A DNA stretch of 64,000 nt from Vicugna vicugna. Lineage: Eukaryota. The stretch covers positions 3,036,909 through 3,100,908 of the forward strand of contig MU057560.1 of assembly GCA_013265495.1 (NCBI GenBank), written 5' to 3'. Under the pieces are notes generated by a model that was not told the origin of the DNA, made no database searches, and was given only the letters and a program-made list of their open reading frames with translations. Position 1 is the first letter of the stretch, and the number at the start of each line of letters is the position of its first letter. The translations under genes were made by a program, and so were the position numbers. Positions 1 to 64,000 of this stretch are shown here, piece after piece.

Positions 1-2214
1 AGGGGACGGGACTCCAAACTGTCGTGGGTTGTGCCCCCTGGCCGCAGGAGCTGAAGTCCTCCCTCCGCTGTGGGGCAGGCTGCCTGTGCCATCAAAGCTG
101 GGGGCAGGAACGCCGTGTACCCGCCCTCCCAGCTACGAGGGCCAGTCTGGGAAATAAACTGACCACAGGCAAGTTAACAGGAGGAGAGACACAGACGTCG
201 TTAACGTTTATATGATGTGCACAGGACGTCACCGGGCAGAAGACGAACCCCCCACATCGGTGGAACTCGACAGTCTAGGTAGGTACACCGTCACTGGGGA
301 GGCGAGAGGACGCCAGCCCCCTAGGCGACATTCTTTAGGGAAGACGGCCTTAGAGGGCAGGGTGGAAGGGCTGCCAGTTTGTGACAGTTTCCCCTGCTCA
401 GCCACCTCCCCTTCGGTGCTGTGACAAGTCATCCTTGGTAAAACCCTCGAGCAGGGGACCATGACAATGGGGTTCCTGTTGGAGGACCCCTCTGGGCAGG
501 TGAGGGGGGGACCATGATATCCTAAAATTATTTGAATTATTCGGAGCTGAAGGCAGCCAGGACCCCGCAGATCAGGTCTCCAGCCGACCCTGGCCCACCA
601 CTGAGTGCGTGGGTACCTTGTGCCCTTTGTTCAGCCCTGGGCGGGGCGACATGCTGCCGGGGGCCGGCTCCTCTGTGCTCAGATGCTGGTGGGGCTGCGT
701 GTGGACCGGAGAAGCCTGCAGAGGACGTGGGCCGCGTGGAACCAGCACCCACAGAGGCCACGGAGGATCTGTCGGGGCTCCAGCTCCCGAGAACGGGCGG
801 TCAGCCCCAGGGCTGAGCCCGCATGCGGCCGTGCTGATCTCACTCTAACAGCTGTAAGCGAGTGTGCTCAGTCAGCTGCCTCCTTTCCGAAATTTAAATT
901 AAAAAATTAAGGCTTCAGATGGTCTGGGAGGAAGCACTGGAACTCACTGACTGAAGATTCAAGGTAAACGGGTTGCAGGACAAGGCAGGCGCTGTGCGGG
1001 GTCACGACCGAACACTGGGGCATTTATCAAACAAAACCAAGAGCTCTGGCCCAGAGAAACCAATCTCCGCCCACCTACGTGAGAAGTGGTCTTCCAGTTC
1101 ATGACAGCGAAATGACACCGTGGGCTTAAGGCTGTGTCTTCTCCCCTGGAAGGGGTCTCGGACGTCCCTCAGGTGAAGAGGACCCGGCACGCACGCACCG
1201 GCGCGCTCAGCGGCAGGTAAAGTGCAGCACAGGTGTGCCTGTGTGTCTGCACGCACTGCTTCCAGAGAAGACACGTTCCCCACCGTGGCACTAATTCTAG
1301 AACTTTGAGTGTAGGGGCTGAACTGCGGGCGCAAACCAGGCTCCGGGTCGCAGACACCGCCTGGCCCCGGATGTAGCCACACCTTGTCCTGCACTGACCC
1401 CCTAGCCCCACTTCATCCCTTCAGGGTTTGCTGCAATCCAGACCGCCTCCCGGGCCCTCCCCCTCCTTCAGCCTGGGAGCAGCCCAGGAGGAGGACAGGC
1501 CTGCAGCGTGGCTCCGGGCCACGGTGTCCCGGCCCCTCACCACCCCTGCCCGCTGCCCCCACCCCCCAGAGCCCAGGCCCTTCCTGGCACGCTTCTCCTC
1601 TGGGCAGAGGCTGCTGCGGACGAGGTCAGAGTCGGGGGGAGGGCAGCAGGGCGTCCCGAGCCAGCACGTTCCCAGGGGAGGAGGAAACACCTGGTGGGGA
1701 CAGACACGGGGAAGGGCCGCGAGGACGCGGCCAAGGGCTGCTGAGGTGGCCGCAGCCCTCCCGGCCACACCAGGAGCTGGATGGAGGTGGGTGGGGCTTC
1801 CCCCTCTGAGTCTGCAGGAGGAACCTCGACCTCAGACTGCCGGCCTCCAGGACTGCGGTCAATACGTTTGTGTGGGTCTTGGCACCCAGGCTGGGATGCT
1901 CAGGGGCAGCCACCCACAAACAGCAGGTCCCGTGGCTGCAGTGAGTGAGCGGGGCGGGGCTGGGTGGGAGGACGCCGGCGGAGGCTCCGGGACGGATTTG
2001 CCGGGGAGGCTGAGGGCTGCCTTAGGCACCGCCAGGTTCTGGAGGGGCTGAGTCATCGTCTGGGAATGGCCGCTTGGCCGCCCGACTCCGGGCCCCCCAG
2101 ACCCCGGGCAGCTTCCCGGGAAGGAGGACACTCGCGCCCCGGTGTTTATGGAAGTTTCCGGTGCAGGCATCTCCACAACTTCCCCATTCAGCCTGGGGGA
2201 GGAGCTGGTCTCCT

Positions 2215-2280
2215 TGCCTGACAGATGGGGAGCCTGAGGCCAAGAGGGGGCAAGGAAGTCTCCGGGCGGCACACAAGAGT
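2215..2280. mobile_element. MIR core relic
   Basis: acagatggggagcctgaggccaagagggg. Confidence 0.5.
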
Positions 2281-2849
2281 TGGCCAGCCTGCCTCCCAGT
2301 ATGTCCTGTCCCACAACCCAGGATCTTTCCTCAGAAACCCACCAAGTGCGGGGAGACAGACGAGCAGACAGGAGGCGCTGTCCCACTGGAGGGGCAGAGA
2401 ATACCGACCGTACCTGGGGGCCCGAGGGCACTAAGGGCGCAGGTGCTCCCTCAGGTCCCCCACGGGCGAGTCTGACGTGTCCAGGGGCTCTTGGGGCGGG
2501 CGGGCAGCCAGCTGAGCAGGGGGAGACCGGCCGCTGACGGCCTGAGGCCAGGAGGGCCTGCAGCCTGACGGCCAGAGCTCTTCAGCCTCCACAGGCCAGC
2601 CCAGGGCGGCAGCTGTGACAGTGTTGGGGAGCAGAGGGCCTGGAAGCCCCAGGAAGCGGCCCCTGCAGCTCCAGTGGTCCTCCGGCAAACATCAGCAGCG
2701 CCAGGTGCAGGCGGCAGCCCAGTGAAGCCTGGGAGGGTCCCCAGCACCGTGGCCGGCCGCGCATGGGGCACACAGCTCAGTGCTGCCGGGCGATGCCGAG
2801 TCAGGCCGCATCCCCGCCCTCCCTGGACTAGCGATGGGTCCTTGGACAG

Positions 2850-2960
2850 GCTGCTCTCTTCTCTAAGCTTCCGTTTTTTTCATTTGCAAAGTGGAGACAA
2901 GAACACCTACTCAGGGCCGTTGTGAGGCTCGAACAGCAAGGTGTGTGTGCACCAGAGGTG
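2850..2960. mobile_element. MIR relic
   Basis: ctaagcttccgttttttcatttgcaaagtggagacaagaacacctactcagggccgttgtgagg. Confidence 0.65.
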
Positions 2961-3458
2961 GTGTGCTGAGCCGGCATTCAGACGGGGTAGGACTGCTCCA
3001 GTCTCTACAGCCCAACACCTGTGGCGTCTGTGCCAGCAGCACACAAACGGGGGAGCCTTCTGTGTGGCCACGGGAGCAACTGAGGCTTGTCAGCAAGCAC
3101 AGTCACCCTGGAAGGAACGTCCGCTGGAGGACAGATAACAGGGCTGGCTGGGGCAGACAATGTGGTTTGGAAAGTGGTCATCGGGGGGACATGGGAATAC
3201 GTCACCTGGGTCTCGGGCAACAGAGGGGCTCTGATGTCCACACGGCCCACGGGAAGGCGAAGACGGGGGTGGGGTGGGGTGGGGGGCGAGGCTCCCGTGG
3301 GCCTCTAGAGGGCAGAAGCAGGAAGTCCTGGACAAAAGGTGCCGGGAGCACGCAGGGCCATTGGAAGGAAGAGCTTCATGGCTCAAGTATGGATCCTTTC
3401 AGGCTTGATCATTGCACCGGCCTCCCACACCTCCACCCAGGCCGTGCAGACGGCCGTG

Positions 3459-3918
3459 TGCCTGACTGATGTCTTCAGGGAGACAGCACAGTGGGACAGA
3501 TGGTGGACAGATGGGTGGATGGAAGGATGGGTGGAAGGAAGGAAGCTGGGAAGGTTGGGTGGATGGAAGGATGGGTGGATAGATTTTAAGGAACTGGCTT
3601 GTGCAGTTGTGGAGACTGGCAGGTCCTACCTTTTAAAGGCGGGTCAGGAGACTAGAAACTCAGGCAGGAGTGGGTGCTGAGGTCTTTCGGCACAATTTCT
3701 TCTCCGGGAAACCTCAGCTTCTGCTTCTAAGACCTTAAACTGATTGGATGAGGCTCATCCACATTATGGAGGGAAGACTTTACTCTAAGTCAGCTGACTG
3801 CAGAAGTTAACCAGTATTAATCTCCCCGCAAAATACCTTCAGGCCAACGCCTGCATCAGAGTTCTATCAAATCACTGGGTGCGACTGCCCAGCCAAAGGA
3901 CACAGGAAAGCAGCCGCA
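3459..3918 (-). mobile_element. MLT2-family (ERVL) solo LTR relic with internal (GGAT)n
   Basis: Matches recalled MLT2 segments (gattttaaggaactggct...aagtcagctgactgcaga...aaataccttca...gccaa); boundaries approximate. Confidence 0.7.
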
Positions 3919-5727
3919 GCTGCTGCTGAGCTGATGGCAGGCAGAGGTCGCGTGCTGCTCAGAGACGCCCGCCCCCCGGGGTGGCGGAGGTTGGGGGTGA
4001 AAGGTGGCCTTTACCACTGAAACCGGAGGGGCTCCAAGGCACTGGGATGAGGGAGCGTCGGGGTCAAAGCAGTGACACCTTCTCTGTCCCTTGCAGGAAG
4101 GGTGGACGGGTGAGCCAAAGAGGGGATCTCAGTGGTGGTCCAGGGGTGGTGGGGAGGTTATGGGAAGGAGGTTGGAACGAACAGAAATTGAGCACCAAGG
4201 AGTAACTGAACCAACAGGATTTCACTGCTCCTTCCACATGGGTGAGGACTAAGGAGGCAACTTCTGGGTTGGGGGGCATGAGAAAGTGGTTTGAAGCATC
4301 AAATTAGTGACAGTGTTTTTTAGGGAGAGTAGCATTTTGGGTTTCTGACATAAATTTGAAATTCTCATCAAAAATTTGGGGCACCCAGACAACAGCTGGA
4401 AAAGGGTGTGTAGCCCAGGGGTGTGCTCTGGGGGAGCCATGTGACTGGTTAGAATGCAGGGCTCCCGGCTGGTGTGTTTCAGGTCCCTGGATGGCTGGGG
4501 AGGCTGCTCCATGTGGTAATGAGGACAGGCGCTTCTGGGACAGACGTGCAGTCTCCGGAGGGGCCTCGGGTCGACCACCACTCAGCGGCTCCTAAACGTG
4601 ACCCTAGAAACCCTGCAGGTGCCGCGGTTTGCTGACACAGCGGCAGGAAAGCTCCGTTGCCCCAGCCCCAGGCAGCGCGCCTCGGGTAGATGCCCATCCC
4701 GTCACCCAGCAGTCTGGGGGCCAAACAGACCCAGGCTCCACACTGACGCTGGGTGTGGAGAGCGCACAGCTTTGGACGAACGGCTGTCTGGACCTCCTCA
4801 GCTGTAACGTGCAGAGACTGGGGCCCTGAGCGAGTTACCAGTCAGGGAGGAAAATGTGGGTGAAGTGTTAGCACGCTGCTGCAAACACATACGGGAACTG
4901 TCTTCCCCCCGTCCCACCTTTCTGCTGTCTTCCCGTGGCTCGGCGCGAGGCCCATGGCACGGGGGGAGGCCCTGGGGGCTCTTCACGGTGGGTCCACGAG
5001 GGAGGAAATAAAGGACATGGAGTGTCCACCTGGCCCAGCTGCGCCCAGGACTCTACCCACAGGCCTTCGTCCCAGCAGTGCCCTGGGTCCACGGTGCACA
5101 GAACGCGGGCAGTTAACAGGCCTCGGGGGCTCAGGCAGGGAGCCTCACCGCCTATTCCAATCCAATCCGCTGCAGTGTGTGTGCGTGTGCGTGTGCATGT
5201 AAGACAGGGCCGGTGTGGGGCAGGGTGTGTAGGGAGAGGGACAGAGAAACAGAGAGCGAGCGCGCGAAAGCCAGCAAGCAAGCGCTTGGAACCCTGCCTG
5301 GAACTTGGTAAGCGTTCTAAAAGTGTTTTACAAAACAACAAAAAACCCTATTGCACACATGTGGAAACGGCGGCTAGGCGAGGTTGGAACAACTTGGCCA
5401 AGGCCCCAGATTGTGGGCGCAGATCTGGGATTGGAACTCAGGGGCCCAAGCTGACCTCTGCACCCGGGGCAGCCCCGCGGCTGGGAAGGGGGCGCGGCGG
5501 CCGGACGCCGGGCTGGAGGTCCTCGCCCCGCCCCGGCCCTGGGGGAGGTGGGGGTGGGAAGGGAGGAGCCGCGCGCATGTGCACAGCTGGCGCCCCCCGC
5601 CCCCTGCGCACAGCTGGGACGTGGGCCGCTGCGGTGCGGCGGGCGGGCGCAGTCCGGAGCCGGCCGTGGACGCGCCGGGCCCTCGAGGTCGGTCCGTGCG
5701 TCCAAGCGTCCGTGCGCGCCGAGGGCC

Positions 5728-62526
<56,799 letters not shown>

Positions 62527-64000
62527 GTGCCTGGAGGCCCAGCGCGTCTCCGTGCGTCCTCCGTGGCCGCGCTGGTTTGGGGAGCGCAGGCCAGGAGCGT
62601 TGAGGCTTGGGGGTTCCAGGCCGCGGCTCCGGCTGTGTTGGAACTAACCCAGGATCCTTGCTCACCAGGAGGCCCTGGAGCAGACGAGGGCGGGAAGCAG
62701 ACACATGTCCTAACTTCATGTTAGATTTCTCAGGTTTTTATTTAATTTTTTTAATGAAAAATTGGTGCTACTATTAAATTGCACAGTTAAATCATTTAGG
62801 CTCCTAAGTTGATTTCAGCTAATATCACCATTTCTCCTCAACTGAAACTTAGTCCTGCTGGTTCCTGATTCCAAGAGCTTGCAGGCCCGTCGCCCAAGGG
62901 ATGGGCACAGAGCGGAGCTGCTGGCAGAGGGCGCGGGATTTACGAGAAATTCAGTATTTGGCAAACGGAATGGAGTCTCTGTGGAGCACGTTGGGTGACG
63001 CTCTTAGGGGTGACACAGGCTCTCATACCCCGTCACCCCACATCCGCCAGACCACAGCCCCTCCTCCGGTCCTCCGCAGCCTCCCGGGGCCTCGCCTGCA
63101 CCGCAGAGCAGACGTCCCTGCCGCCCGCAGCCCCAGCACATCGTGCAGCTCGGCTCTCCTTTCGCCCAGATCATGAGGTTATTAAGCCGCATTTAGGAAC
63201 AAGTCTTGAGTTCACGTCCGACCTGCATATGCACTGCCTAGTGTGGACCAGAAATGAAAACCCTCCATGCTGTAGCGGACGGGGCCTACTGCTCCGTGCA
63301 CGTGCCAGCTCGTGCTCCGCTCCATCGCCGGACTCGGTCCCGCTCGAGCCCATGGAGAGTCACGACGCCCTAGATTCTTCTGCCGACGGGAGGAGTTCGA
63401 ATGTGGGGAACTTTCTGACTGCAGGTTGTGTGAGTGAGTTAAAGCAATCCCTGTACCTCATTTGTATTTTCAAAATGCACGACGCTTTATGAAATTTTGC
63501 CCACGTTTTAGTGTTAGACACGGCAGGAGTCATTTCTACTCTGCAGAAGTTCTTACAGAATCCAGTGAAAAGCAACTTTCATACCTCATGGTCTGTCTTT
63601 TTAATTGACCAAAATCCTCCTGTTTTGTTCCAAATACAAAGTGATCTGTGTTCTGAGAAACATGTCCTGCACATTCTGTTCAGTTCTGCAGACGCTGATT
63701 AGTGTCCACTGGGAGCCAGGCCTTGTGCTGGGCACAGACGCAGGGCCCGCCTGCCCGTCCCAGCAGAGACCCAGGAGGACCTGGCTGTCTCCGTCCCCTG
63801 GGGAGTCCATCACGGGGGCGGCGGGGCTGGTGGCGGGGAAGGCCAGTCTCCGGCAGTGTCTGGCGCATAGTGAGCAGTTGAAAGCCTGGGTTTAGCCCGG
63901 CACAGCCTCCTTCACCTGCAGGAGAGCCCAGTGCCTGCATGTTCATATTCCAGCCTGAGCAGCTTTAAACAGTCCGCTTGCCTTCTGCCCTCATATCACT
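62527..64000 (+). other. PXDN: PXDN 3' UTR (end not determined; may run past the window)
   Basis: Follows the stop; ATTAAA at 62773-62778 and AATACA at 63633-63638, no AATAAA seen before 64000. Confidence 0.7.
62763..62770 (+). promoter_or_regulatory. miR-29 8mer target site (TGGTGCTA) in 3' UTR
   Basis: Exact complement of miR-29 seed AGCACCA plus A1, inside an AU-rich block. Confidence 0.75.

Noticed and set aside
140-560. Possible ERV1-type LTR remnant at the window start
   Set aside because: Only vague resemblance (taaactgaccacaggcaagttaacaggag); family and ends could not be supported without RepeatMasker.
1-5400. Neighbouring gene exons (e.g. MYT1L upstream, TPO downstream in human synteny)
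   Set aside because: No recognisable coding exons of either gene in the window.

Overview
Mammalian genomic DNA, very GC/CpG-rich, holding the complete coding span of one gene on the + strand: peroxidasin (PXDN). I traced 23 coding exons (ATG 5728 to TAG 62526), all with GT-AG junctions and continuous reading phase. The CDS is 4437 nt / 1478 aa: signal peptide, LRRNT, 5 LRR exons, LRRCT, 4 Ig domains, heme peroxidase domain, amphipathic helix, vWC. Catalytic and structural residues are intact (Q823, D826, H827, R977, E980, H1074, C736, C1315, furin site R1333-R1336). Two Vic-1-like tRNA-derived SINEs point to a camelid (camel/alpaca/llama). The rest is a CpG-island promoter, introns with old eutherian repeats, a 60-bp minisatellite, a 61-N gap and part of the 3' UTR. 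Repeat family names and human comparisons are from memory, not from searches. Nearly all other ORFs in the track are GC-content or repeat artefacts. I see no clearly new biological system. Best leads: a CpG-rich VNTR carrying 7 ZFP57 hexamers just upstream of exon 3; strong AT-to-GC drift in repeat relics that may extend to conserved codons (L1134P, D298G); an in-frame cryptic donor in exon 21 that would delete the oligomerisation helix; a duplicated E-box/CRE module; and an orphan TSD-flanked retroposed insert.
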